Below are positions 27,149-40,022 of a stretch of 64,000 nt of DNA, piece by piece (within the stretch, counting starts at the first letter, position 1; each line of letters starts with the position of its first letter). The translations under genes and the position numbers were made by a program. Source of the DNA: Auanema rhodensis (Eukaryota; Animalia; Nematoda). The DNA is taken from NCBI GenBank assembly GCA_964057225.1, contig OZ059898.1, forward strand, positions 6,324,001 through 6,388,000, given 5' to 3'. The notes below the pieces were generated by a model. It saw nothing but the letters and a program-made list of their open reading frames with translations, was not told the origin of the DNA and did no database searches.

Positions 27149-30100
27149 ATGAGCTCACTGGTCAGCGGAAACAGTATTTTGCACATAGCTAACCGATTGA
27201 GCGATCTCAAGAAAGAGACGCCAACATCGGATGAAGATGAGAATTCTTCTCATTTTCTATCAAGTTTTAGCTCATCATCTCCAGTTGATTTGATGGATGA
27301 TGTTACTAAGCCATCAGAAGATATTGACGACGAAACAGAAGATAATGAAGAGGATGATATGATCAGAGAAACATCAACTCCACCAACAGAGCAGATGAAC
27401 GGTAAAACTTTTCGTTATCTCTAACTATAGTAAAGAAAAGCTTGACCAATGCATATTTCTACGTACAAGAATTTTTTTTTCTTTTCAACACAAAAAATAG
27501 CAAATAATCCTTTTTGCTGATATCATATTGCCAAAAGAAATTATAAAAGTAGATATATAGCACAGGGAAACAGTTTAAAGAGTGTGAGAGATTGTAAGAT
27601 AGGGTATAGTGTACTAGAACCTATCCGCTTATGAAGTTCTTATGCTTTAATAGTTTTAAAAATATTTTGTATGTTAAATTAAGTTGTGAAGCTTAAAGCA
27701 ACCACTTAGTTTCTATCAAGAAGTCCTCCAATTTTTTTGTCAATTCAGTTTGAATTTTGGACATAAGCAGACAATAGAAAATCTCGTTTCAACTAGGGGG
27801 CCGATGAGGACGTTTACATCGAAAAACCTCATTCTTTCAAATTATTCAAGTTTAGTTGAAGCTTAAAGTACAAAATTGCTCTATATGTTGGTTATAATAA
27901 AGCTTCCGGCTTTTTCACTTTGATTTAGAATTCTTCAATTATTTTATAATTTTTTTTCAAAAAAAAAAAAAAAAAAAAGCTTCTAATCTGAATCATAATA
28001 AAATTTTTTTTTGCTGCAGACAACTTTAAAAGCTTTTTTTTTTTAAAGTAACACACATACATATGTATGTGAGTGAGTGCGCGTGAATATGTGTATGTGT
28101 GTACATGTGTCCATCTGGGTTATAAGATAATTTTGATATTTCTAGCTGACTAGACTACCATCTTTTTTAATTTTTATGTTCATATTTTTATGATATCACT
28201 GTAAAATTATGTGATTATGTGAAAATATTTAATTTTGAAATAAATTTATAATCATCATTACCACCTATCTATTTAATCATATTTTTTTGTTTTAGCTGAT
28301 ATGGAATCTGAATCATGTGTCTTAAATTCAAATGAAATTTCAAGCGATAATGATGTTAAGCTTAGCTTTTCCATGTTTTTAGATAAAATTACAGTAAGTT
28401 ATTTGTATATTTTTGAATATTTTATCTATTAAATATGAATTTTTAGCATCCACCATCACCATCTACTTCTACTAATCACAGCACAGATTCAATTCCTTCT
28501 CCAAATTTGGATTTACAATCAGCCGTTGCTCAGATGCAACAGCAGATTCTAGCTAGTCAGGTAGTGCTTCTTGAACTTTTTGAACTTCAACACGTTTTGG
28601 AAACTATTTAATTTGAAAAATAATTTCAGTCAATAATGAATAAGCAATGCGATGAAAATAATGGACATAATGTCTCACCAGGCTTAGGAGTTGAGCAAAT
28701 GGTAACAATGAGAGGTAAGCATTCACTTTTCTCTCTATCTCCTTCTCTCTCTTTCACTTTCTTTCCCTCCTTCTATTTCTCTCTTTATCTCCTTCTCTAT
28801 CTCACTCCCTCTCTCTTTCTCTCTCTCTTTCTCTCTCTTTTTCCTATTCTCTCTTTTAATTATTTATCTTCATCTTCATACTTACATTCACACCTTTTCT
28901 ATACTGAAATCTGGATTCTACCATATTAACGGATTAAAGTTTTAGATCTATTGCCTGGATATTCTCCTTGGCTTAGAAATGCAGGAAGAAAGAAGTCTCA
29001 TCCGGTCTGGGAATTTTTCAAAGATTTGAAAGATACAAGTAATTCCTTCAATACATTTCAAATACAATATTATTTTTTTAAAGAAAATTTACAATCTGAT
29101 GGAGCTGGAGGAGTAGTTTGTCTTCATTGTCCATGGACAGGAGATGATAGAAGCCCAAATAATTTACGGACACATCTGAAAAAGTTTCATTCAGCTGATG
29201 GCATTTTTGCTCAGTTCAGTCAGAAGTTAGCACAAGTAAGTTATTGAACTGAGTGAAGAATTCGGGAGAAAAGTTCAAAATAAATATAATTTTTTACAAA
29301 ATTTGGAGAAAAAAATGCTGAATATGAATTATTGAATGAGTTCAAAATAAGGTCTAGGACATATACACACATGTGTGTGTGTATGTATGTGTGTGCATGT
29401 GTCTGTGTGTATTTTTAAAAGAAAATAATACATCAAACATCATTGACTGCTTATACTTCATCATATACTCATGTTGAAGACTACTGTTAGATTGTATATT
29501 CATGCTATCGAATATGGATGCCTAGAGGGGCAATCACTGGTTCCCGTGGATACGAAATCTCTTTTGAGCTTTTCCCTAATCTTTATATTTCTCTCACCCT
29601 ACCTTGCACCGTCGATTTTTCTCACTCACTCTCTCTCTCTCTCTCTCTTTCTTTCTCTCTTTCTCTCTCTTTCTAACTTCTTCTATATAAGTATAATCCA
29701 TGGATAACTATATATAGATATATATATATAGTTTTTAATCAAATGTTTTTGAAATATTATAATTAAAATACAAAAATGATTTTTTCATAAAAATATATTA
29801 AAATAGAAAAGTAGAAGTAGAATTAAACAACAAATCAATTCTTCTTTTTTTTCTTTTCTTCATTCTTTATAATTAAATAATATCGTTAAATCATTATAAA
29901 TTATAATAAGTTTTACTGAAAGCTTGTTTCGTTTCTCATCGTCGTACATATCTTAAATCAGTCTCGTTTTATTTCTTTCGACTTCTTCTTTGAATATACC
30001 AAATGAACTCCTATTTCTTCCCTTTTGCATTAACGCCCCCCCCCCCCGTTTTTCATTCCCAAACCCCTATATGTCAATTCTCCCCCCCCCCGTGTGTTGA

Positions 30101-30999
30101 TTTTGATAAATACCATAATGTGTCGTCAACAGACCCAGCGGGGAGGACCTAAGGGTCCGTCCTTGAGCCTTGTATCTTCTAATACTGACTTCGTTCTAGC
30201 AACTCCTCTCATTATTTCTCATTTTCTCTCTGTCTCGTTTATTTCTATTATCTTTCATATTTATGATCTAGTTCGATGTATGTAATCTTTTTCGGCCGTT
30301 TCAACTCAACTCGACCAGTCAGTCACCCCTCCCTTTTCCCCCGTCTCCTCCACTCCCGCTTCGTCCCCCTCTAACTCCCCCCCCCCCCGTTCTTCTCATA
30401 GTTCAACCACCAATTCGCCCCCCTCCCCTTTTATGTGTACCTCTTCTCTCCCCCGTATGTATGTTCATAGGACCCGCAGAACGAATTGAACTACCGATAG
30501 AAGCAAGCAGAGAGTGAAACACAGACATCTGAACAGAAAAAGGAACAAAGATAAATCGAGAGAGAGGGAGAGAGAGAGAGAGAGAGAAGCGATGATGAGA
30601 TGGTCCAATACATAGACAACTGGACGAAGAACGTCTAATGTCTTCGGCCGTTTGTGTCTCTTCTCCTCCTTGAACGACGCGCTGACGATAGGGGCTATTC
30701 GCTGTCGTTAGGCCGACACTCGTCCCACACCCCCGTCAGACGCTTTCTCCTATTTTTTTCCTTCACAAAACCTCTTTTGGTTCCTTTTATTGAAAGCATA
30801 TTTCTATAACTTATTATCATAAATTTAAATTAATTTTCTAATAAGTATTGTATAATATAAATATTTTTATATATATTATCATTTATCTATATTTACGTTT
30901 TAGAAATGTATCATCATTCTCCTCATCTGTTCATTGTCATATGAAGGAAACACATACGACAAAGACTTGAAGACGGGTACCAGAGCTGGTCTCCATTCC

Positions 31000-31033
<34 letters not shown>

Positions 31034-34000
31034 TTTTTCTTCTTGTTGTCTTTCATTCTGCAATAGCGTTCCTTTATTTCGTTTCACATCTATCTCCTCC
31101 TCGTTCTTTTCCTACTACTTCTCAACCACCACCAAAACCTTGCCTTTCCCTCCCCCCCCGCTACATCATCTCTTCTAGTTCATCCATTACCATAGTCAAT
31201 CTTCATTTTGCTTCTCTTCTTTTACTCCAAGCCCTCCTTTCACGTACTTCTAGAAACTCTTCTATTTCTGAATTCTTACATCATCTTCTTACTCTAATAC
31301 CCATTTCTTCTATTCAAGGTTTGAGTCATAGCTTATGTTTAAAGAATTTAAACTCTTCGAAATCAGCTAATTATATGTTTTTTTCGAATTTAATTTGATT
31401 TTCTTTGTACCATTTGAAATATGTCAATGATATTAACTTACTTTTCTTCATACCATGATCATTCCAACTTTACTCCCAAGGTCTTCTCAATATTAGCTGA
31501 ACAAGTTGACATACAGACGATCGGACAGACTCCCCTACTATACTTTTCTCACCCCTCCACTCACACCCTCTCTTTCTCTTACTCTCTCTCTTTCTCTCTA
31601 CTTCTTTTTCTATATCTCTCCTCATATCGCTATCTCAGTTCCTCTATTTCTCCCTCTCTATGCCTTTTTCGATCTCTTATACTATTTTCAGTCCATTTAC
31701 TTTGACATTATCTGGGTTTCTTCGGTCCTTCAGAAAGCTTGATTTTTGCTAAGAACGATTATAGTGAAAACAAAGAATTCTGTAAAGCAACTAAATAAAA
31801 ATTACGTTAAGCATGGTATAAGATTAGATCAGTAGAGACTTTTCCTACTCTTCAGACTCAGATATAGCACCTTCTGGAGCTCATTTCAGACTGGTGTGGT
31901 AAAGATGAGGAAACGGTGAAAAAACGAAGATGATGAACAGAATAAGAATGTCTCTTCTTCTTCGCTTTCTTCGCTCTTCCCTCGCTTTTTCATATTCGCG
32001 ATGTTCTCATCTCTTCGTATGCTTCGTGGTGATGACGGTGTGAGAGGAAAGAAGGGGGGAGAGGTGGCTGAGAGGGGAGGGCGAAATAGGGGGGGGGGGT
32101 TTGTGTGTGCTGTGTGCGGACCCCGTCTATCGATTCGTGGGGTTGTTTCCAGTCTCCCTCCCTTTCTCTCCTTCTCTCTCACATCCCCTTTTGCTATCTT
32201 CAACATCCCCCCGTTTGGTTGTCTATCTGACTGTCTGATGTCTCCTTATTCAAATAATGACTATGCCCCGTTCAGTCTTCTATACTCTCTAACCGGGTCC
32301 TTATTCTCTGCCGTTTCGTCCCGTCTACGTAGGTGACGTCGTCGTAGTCGTCGTCGTCGTCACGTCTTGTCCTTCTACTAGCAGCAGCACGAAGACGAAG
32401 TCAACTAATGCTTCATTTACTATATGATTACCAATAGCCATGATCAGCAAGACTGTGTTCTAAAACTATTTCATTTTTCATTGTATTGTCTCGCTTCATT
32501 GAATTAACTTTGAGAATTTCCTCGAATTCTAAAGAGAAATGGAAAAAAAATTAATCTGTCTGGAAAGTTATATTTAAACATATAATATATATTATACATT
32601 TCATATTATTATATTATTTTCACACTGTAATTTTTTTTTATTTCAATTTCTTAGAAATTCATTTATTTATTTTGAAAATGACTATACAAACTTTTGTATA
32701 TATCAAAGCTTTTTAATCATTTTCACATAAAGTTTTTGGACATTTACTACGTATTTCTCTGAATTCTAATTGATGAAACGGTTTTAGACAATTGTTTCCA
32801 TCTGAAACCGTCTTTTATCACTTTTCTTTCTTTTTTATTCTTTTTTATGTATGTGTATATACTATACTATATAAATGTATTTATATACATAGTTCTTGTC
32901 CACTTTCCTTTCCTACATTTCAACTTCCTCAGTTTTGCTTCTCTCTCTTTCCCTTTGTCTTTTTATCTCTCTCTATCTCTTTTTCTCTTTCTCTCTATGT
33001 CTGGCTTTCCATGAATCTTTCTAATATTCTATATGAAGGTGGTGTAAAGCTTTTGTACTTCTTCAACAACTTGCGTATTCCATTTATTAGATTTTTCTAA
33101 ATTATTAGTGCTCTTTTTGCCTCATAAGCATTTCTTATTTCATACGTATTTATTATTTTTCTTGTCAGCTCGAAACTTTATTCTTTGGTTTTCTTGAAAG
33201 CAACAAAAAAAATTTTTTTTTCTACAGCTTATCCAAATATCCTGCATATTGGAGTGAAAATATTGTGAAAAATATACAGAACTTCACATCCATCTCTAAT
33301 AATGGAAGTGGTTTCTGTCAATTCCGAAGAAGCATTGAACTCTCTTATCATCGCTGATGCCTTCCATGCATTAGCTGGAGCTAGCACATCGTCAGCATCA
33401 ACCTCACAACAACCAAAAGCAATGCTGAAATCACAGAAGACGAATAAGAAATCATCTGAAATTTGGGATCACTATCGTCTTCTCTCTGAAGCTCAGAATG
33501 TAGAGTGTGTGCATTGCTGGCGAGTCCTTAAACGAGCCGATAGCTCCACCAAGAGTATGTGGGGCCATATGAATGCTTTTCATCAGGACCAGCTAGCAGA
33601 AACAAACAGTCGAAAGAAGAGAAGAATATTATCTATTGTCAAAGATGAGGTCCGACATACTGATAGTTCAGCCTTTTTTTACTCAATTTCAATCATAATT
33701 TCAATCAGACAGCATTACAAAATTGTTGTTTGTTGTTATGAAAAAAAAAACAATTTTATTTTCAAAATTTAAAAGAAAAACTTTTTTTCTTTTTTTTTTA
33801 AATCACACATATCGTTTTTCAGACTCCCACTCAGCCATATGTAAAACGGGCGCGTGCTGGAGCAAGTCAGCAGCAGCAACAACAGCAACATCAGCAGCAG
33901 AATCATAGTACAACATCGTCATCTCAGCCAACATCCCAGGCTGATGATGTTGCTATGGTAATACAACAACTTCAGAATGCTGCAAACAGTAGTAACTCAA

Positions 34001-34869
34001 TTAAGCCTGTAAGTTTATTATTATTATATGTTTAATCATTGAAAAACTATTTTTTTAATTTTTCAGATTACAACTAGTCCATTCAATTTTCTTGACAACT
34101 TACCAAAGTCCAATGAAGTCATTAATATCTCTGCTGGTTTTGGGAAAGGTGACGACGAAGAAGAGAGTGTAGAGAATACGAATGAGGTACGAATTCTTGT
34201 TGATGACCTTTCTTTAACTTTTCGTTTGTTTTAAGCCTGGTTCATCTGGAGCATCAGCATCGGGAGAAAGAGCTGTATCTGATTCGCCAATAGAAGAAAC
34301 AAGTGGAGGAAGTCCTTCAGTTTCATCAACGAATCAACTGAATGCCTTCATGAATATGGCTACTAATCCTTTAGTATGGAATGCAATGCTGTAAGTTTAC
34401 AATTTCTGTCGTCAAAAACTTTATTTTATTATTATTACAGTGCAAACTCATCACATGGTTCAGCATTTTCATTAAATGATGGACAATGTGTATCAATGCT
34501 AATGAAAATGGCTTTAGATTTGGATTTAACTATGTCATATCATAAACGAAGGTAATCTTAATGAATAAACAAATAAAAAAATATATTTTTATTTATTTTA
34601 GAGGTGAAATTGAGTTATGCTTTGAAAGTAATAGAACAGCTGAAAAGTCGGGCGGACGCGGAAAAATTTTATGTTTAAGTGATATGCAGAGAGAAATTAG
34701 GTAAATTCTATACATAAACATTATATTTATATAATAATATATTTATTTTAGGGTAACAGAGCGTGTTAATGGTGCTCCTACAGATACAGAATTATGGACA
34801 AAAACAGATTTTAACCAATTTCATTGGGCCATTCGTGGTAAATGTCAAAAGGTTTTAGTTCGAGCATAA
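27149..34869 (+). CDS. BED zinc-finger protein, long isoform (BED-1), with acidic N-terminus, polyQ tract and globular C-terminal domain
   Basis: TTTCAG-CTC-ATG start. Exons: 27149-27401, 28296-28393, 28447-28560, 28630-28714, 28946-29235 (possibly split by intron 29039-29083), 33823-34008, 34067-34186, 34236-34390, 34441-34551, 34602-34700, 34752-34869, all phases compatible. BED: SHPVWEFF...CLHC...SPNNLRTHLKKFH. No transposase catalytic domain follows. Confidence 0.82.
33302..33649 (+). CDS. Second, alternative BED-finger exon (BED-2) inside the 4.6-kb intron of the BED gene
   Basis: ATG at 33302. Sequence KKSSEIWDHYRLL...VECVHCWRVLKRADSSTKSMWGHMNAFH followed by basic NLS-like RKKRR. Phase-0 donor GAG|GTCCGA at 33649/33650 is compatible with the phase-0 acceptor at 33823. 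Confidence 0.75.
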
Positions 34870-37064
34870 CCTTATTATCTAGTAAATAATCGCAAAATGT
34901 CTTTCATAAATAAGAAATATTGGCCGTTCCTTACTTGTTAAACATTTTGAAAAACTACTACTTCCCTATTAAAATCTCAGATATTGCCTTCATTCGTTTA
35001 TTCTTTCTCACAATGTTTCTTCTTTTTTTTCTTCTTTTCTTCAATTTAATTAACAAAATTATTTTTTATTTCATATTTTTGATTTAAATAATTTTTTATT
35101 TTTCTTCAAACATCGTCTATCATCATATCATTATTCAAAAAGCCAATCAATTCATTTATTTCTCATAACACTGTATACACCTAATCACATAACCTCCAAG
35201 GTAGAATCATCTATTTTATGATTATTTTGCTTTTTGAAACAAATTTTTTGATCGTCTAGACATGAACTTATGATGTTTATTTTGTTTTTTTCTTTATTAT
35301 TATCTAAGTGATGAAGACGGCAACGGTCCAAGCTTCTAGTAGCTCTCGTATAGCTTTCGTTTTCGGGTATCTCGCCATCATTTTGACCTTTTGGAATTTT
35401 TCACCATTTGATATATATATTTTATTAATATATACATATATGTATATATTATTACAATATAATAAATAATGAAATAATTCATAAATAATCAAGTGATATC
35501 AGAATAATGTGTCATTCAAATCCATTTTGCTTATAGTAAGAGCTATATTTCACTGTTTCATTCATTTTGGCTGAAAACCTATCATCATCATTATCATTAC
35601 CACCCTCAATTTGTGTGTCTATTTTGCCTTCTGAAAGTGCCTTGTTTCATGATTCTCTGAAAACTTTTAAAAATTGTTTTATTTTTGATGAAAATCATCA
35701 AACCTTTTGATAAGTTTTCGGTTGTAATCTCATGAACATCTAAAAAATTTTGTTTCTCTGATCAAAAACCTTATACTCTAGATATCTCAAATGATTACAT
35801 TCTTATAATATATATATATATATATATATTGGTTATATTGTTTATATTTTTAATTATTATTCTATTTTTTTTTTAAAATTAAACATAAAATATAAACAAT
35901 ATACATGTATATCTATGTATATTATGAGAATGTATGATGTATTATTTACTTTCAATATCTTACTATCTTTGTTTTTGAACATTGAAATCTATCTTTCACT
36001 CAATAGAATATAATCTCTGATAACTTTTATAATTATGTTGACATACATACATATATCAATTTGAAAATCATATAATTATTTTTCTTTTACTTAATAGTTT
36101 TTTGAATATGATTACTGCCAATGACTTAAATAGATCTTCCATATGATTATTACTATATATATATAGTTATGTTCTTAATATAAAACTATATGAATATAGT
36201 TTAAAAACATTTTTTTATATAATTATTTGTTTTATTTAAATAATGAGCATAACATATATAGGTAATATCTTATTCCATTGTATAGTTAATAAATTCTTAA
36301 TCACTCACCTTATCTATACTTACATCTGATACATTTCAATTCATCTAATACATTAACTATACATATAATATTATATGTATAGTTAAATGAATATTCAAAT
36401 AATTCTTCATATATTTGTTTTTTTTTGTCTCAAAAATATTTCTAAAAATTACTCAGTTCCAATAATATGCATATATCATGTACATCTCATATATCGTGTA
36501 TATCCCATTTTCTTTCTAATTTCTTTGATATAATCTTAACACCCGGTGTGTTCGAACTTCGTTATTAACATGTCTATGAAAAATTGTTTTTTTATTGTTT
36601 ATAATGTCAACAACAACAACAACAACAATATGTAATATAATAAAATTAATATATTTATTCTTATTTGTAATTTTAAAAAAAAGATTTATCGTAAATCTGC
36701 CAAGTACACATTATATGATATAGTAATAACAAAATACATAACTTATAATATTTAATATAATATCTCTATAAATGCCTAAAATACTTTAATTCATCTCATG
36801 TAATTGTTAGTTTTTTCAAAAAAAAATTGATCTCATCATATTGTTTTAGAATTTGTTTTGAAAATTATAAGTATAAAAGAATATTTAATATAATATAAAA
36901 TTTTATTTTTGACATTATTATGAAACAAAAAAAAACCAAAATGCTTATACAAAACAGTAACAAAACACAAAATTATGAATTATAAACAAACAAAAAACGA
37001 GACCATTTCATTCAAATGTAATATGATACATTATTATAATTAATAATTTATATATTTTCTTAAT

Positions 37065-37926
37065 TTATGTAATTTTGAAAATACCTTTAATTTCTTGTCT
37101 TATATAAATTTCTTTACTTTTTTCATTTTTTAATGAAGTATATATTGAAAGAATTAAAAACAATACAGATGATACTATAGCTTCAAGAACTAGTAACCAT
37201 AAAAATTCAAAATCTCTCTGAATAAGCTTATTATTAGAATAAGTTTTAAAAATTAAAAAAAAACCTTATTAGTTGAAGATTTTAAACAATCCAAATCAAA
37301 TCTAAAGAATAAACCAATGAGCATTGTAGTTCCCCAAACAAATGAGAAGAATAATGATAAAGATGAAATTCTATAAATATTTTTTTATTTTTTTTTAATA
37401 AATCAATATATAACTTACATGATTAATGTAGAACATTGTGTGCATTTTCTTTCAATTTTTTGTAGTTCACTTTCACTTTTTCTTGGAATAAGTGGAATTA
37501 GAGAACAAAGTCCCATAATAGCAAAAACACCTGATGAAATAGCTAAAACAACAAATATAACAACAAATTCAAAAATAACAACAAATTACCATTTGAAATA
37601 TTAAGTATTAAACCACTAGTACCACATTTTGAATATGTGTGTGATGGCCAATCTATACTATATAGTAGACAGGATATACATAAAAATATAAAATTGATGA
37701 GAAATATGATACAAATCCAGGTAATAGACGGAATAGCCATATCTAAAATAATAATAATAATTATTATAAAGTATGTAGAATATTATTATGTAATATATAA
37801 TACAAATAAAAATAAAAATAAAAATATAATTATAATAAATAAAAAATATTTTAAAATAAATACTCAATTGACAATCACAATATTACCAAAAGAAAAGTAT
37901 CTTATATCAAAATGATATGAATTCAT
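37065..37926 (-). CDS. Small (~190 aa) four-transmembrane protein of unknown family
   Basis: Five manual exons: MNSYHFDIRYFSF|DMAIPSITWICIIFLINFIFLCISCLLYSIDWPSHTYSKCGTSGLILNISN|AISSGVFAIMGLCSLIPLIPRK..KCTQCSTLI|ISSLSLFFSFVWGTTMLIGLFFRFDLDCLKSSTNK|RDFEFLWLLVLEAIVSSVLFLILSIYTSLK. Introns are GT-AG and in phase. First exon and stop are uncertain. Confidence 0.65.
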
Positions 37927-38440
37927 CTTTATATAGTAAATGGATTTAATTGATAACACAATTGCTGGAAACTCTTCTTTCTTCAATTGATCATTTCAAG
38001 AACTTTGTACTCACGATATACAAAGTTTTTTTGCGTGGGTTCAATGTTCTGTTGACAGCTCTTTGCTCTGGCCGTATCTTCATGAACAAAGGGGTCAATG
38101 TCTAATCAGCTTAACACTTGGAATTACTTCCGTTGATTGACAGATACTTACAGCTTGAATATTTCAAATTATTAAGTATTTTATTTGATTTTTCATATAA
38201 ATAGATGTATGCTATGTGTTTAAGTTTAAATATATTCATCAGATCTATTATATGTATTTTGATTTGTCAAACCAATTTTGTATGAGCAAGTTCAATCTAA
38301 TCTATTATCATTCAAAGTACAGATAAAACTACCAACAATTTATTTTTTAATGACGATATATATGATTTAATAATTAGATAAAGACAAGAAATGAATCATT
38401 TGCTTCTGTACATTTCTATAGTTTATAATAATAGTAATGA

Positions 38441-40022
38441 TTAGTCATCAATACAAGTCTCATCTAATAATTCCGGTATCTGCAATTCAGCAGATTTATG
38501 TAATTGCTTTGATTATTATATACTTTGAACTATTTTATGTGAATATATACAAAGAATCTTACATCTTCTGGTCGAACGTATGATGCTGGATAGAGTTTTC
38601 GGAGTGTAAGCCAACGATCACCTATAGGTAAATGTTTCTCCAATGATAAAGGTCGAACTGTCCTGTAACAATCAAAGTATGAAATCAACAAGCTTTTCAA
38701 TGAAAAAAAAAGTTTTTTATTTTATTTTTATTCATGTCATTCATACTTTCTTTTCTTATTATCACATTGTTTTTAATTTTAAATCTTCCAGCCATATTGG
38801 CACCAACATTTTAGAATTTTCAAATGTTAATCCAACAATTGAATAAGAAGATAAGAAAAGAAAATTATATTTCAAAAGTAATTACGATACCTGGGTCCTT
38901 CAAATATTGTGTAACAAGCTGATACGAAACCAAGAAGAAGAAGAAGAGCAATAAGTGGTGAATAATAGAATAATGTCCAATATATAGCTGATTGAATGGG
39001 TACTAAAACAATCATATACACATATATTTTACTATATATATATAGTATATACTATACCATCACAAAAAGTTCCTGTATATTGAGGCATACATAAGCATTC
39101 AACATATTCAAAATGATTTGTACTCATAGCATTTTTAACTATACATTTACCATAATGACATCTAAATAATAATAATATAAATAAATATTATAATAAAGAA
39201 AACAAACGGATTTCTTCTATTTAAACTGTTATCATCACCAGAACAATCTTGTATAACTGAAAATATTTTAAAAGATGATTTAAATATAAATTAGAATAAG
39301 ATGTTTACCTATACGAGCACGTGAAGCTAGAACTCCTGTAAATAAATATTATATGTATAGATTATATATATATAATCTATATTATATATATTATAATATA
39401 TAATAACCTCTATCATCAGCTAATTCAATATAACATTCAAGTAAGAGATCATCATGAACACGTTGTAATGCAAATCCATAAAGATCAAAATCATTTTTTT
39501 GATATTGAACTGGTTGATAAATATTATTCAAAGGATCATATTTTCCTGTCTTAGTAAATTCTTTATAATAAAAACGTTGACCTCTTCTTCTAGCTCTAGA
39601 TGATAAGATATATTATAAGAAATAATTAATAATAAAGCTACTTACTCTGTAGTATTTACTGGAAATTCATGAAGTATTCCAAATTCATCAATTTTTGATA
39701 TTCGCCATCGAGCTTTTGTTATCTAAATGATCAATTTCATAATTTTATCTAATTCTTACAGAAAAAAAAATTATAACATCAGCAATAAGAAAAAAAAAGT
39801 TAAATAATCTACCAAAGCATTTCCAGGACTCAGAGCAATTTCGCAAGGAAATGAATGATGATATCCTAATGGTACATATGAGATAGTTTCTATTAATTCT
39901 TTAATACATGAGGTAAACAGCTTATCACACTACTTATAGAATTATGAACAAAACACACCATTAGATTGAATTTCTAAGAAATTGATAAAGATTAAGAACA
40001 GCAACAGCATCATATGTTTCAT
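38441..40022 (-). CDS. Single-pass membrane protein: signal peptide, Ig-like domain, one EGF domain, TM, short cytoplasmic tail
   Basis: About ten short in-phase exons. Signal MKHMMLLLFLIFINFLEIQSN. Ig-like YVPLGYHHSFPC...ARW...LLLECYIEL. EGF DCSGDDNSLNRRNPCHYGKC...VECLCMPQYTGTFCD. TM IYWTLFYYSPLIALLLLLGFVSACYTIF. Tail ends LLDETCIDD*. The Ig assignment is from C/W/C spacing only. Confidence 0.72.

Noticed and set aside
29471-33100. ORFs inside the BED intron (e.g. 30934-31398, 31886-32336)
   Set aside because: Low-complexity translations of pyrimidine tracts and GC islands. No third BED motif found.
28946-33649. BED fingers as part of a hAT transposon
   Set aside because: No DDE catalytic region, terminal inverted repeats or target-site duplication seen. 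The exons are integrated in a host-type multi-exon gene.
35311-35470. Short hydrophobic ORF downstream of the BED stop (MKTATVQ...)
   Set aside because: About 52 aa, running into AT low-complexity sequence, with no splice or homology support. More likely 3'UTR.
38441-40022. Calling the EGF-TM gene lin-3
   Set aside because: Lacks the G-x-R-C Arg and the EGFR-ligand cysteine spacing, and has an Ig-like N-terminal region.
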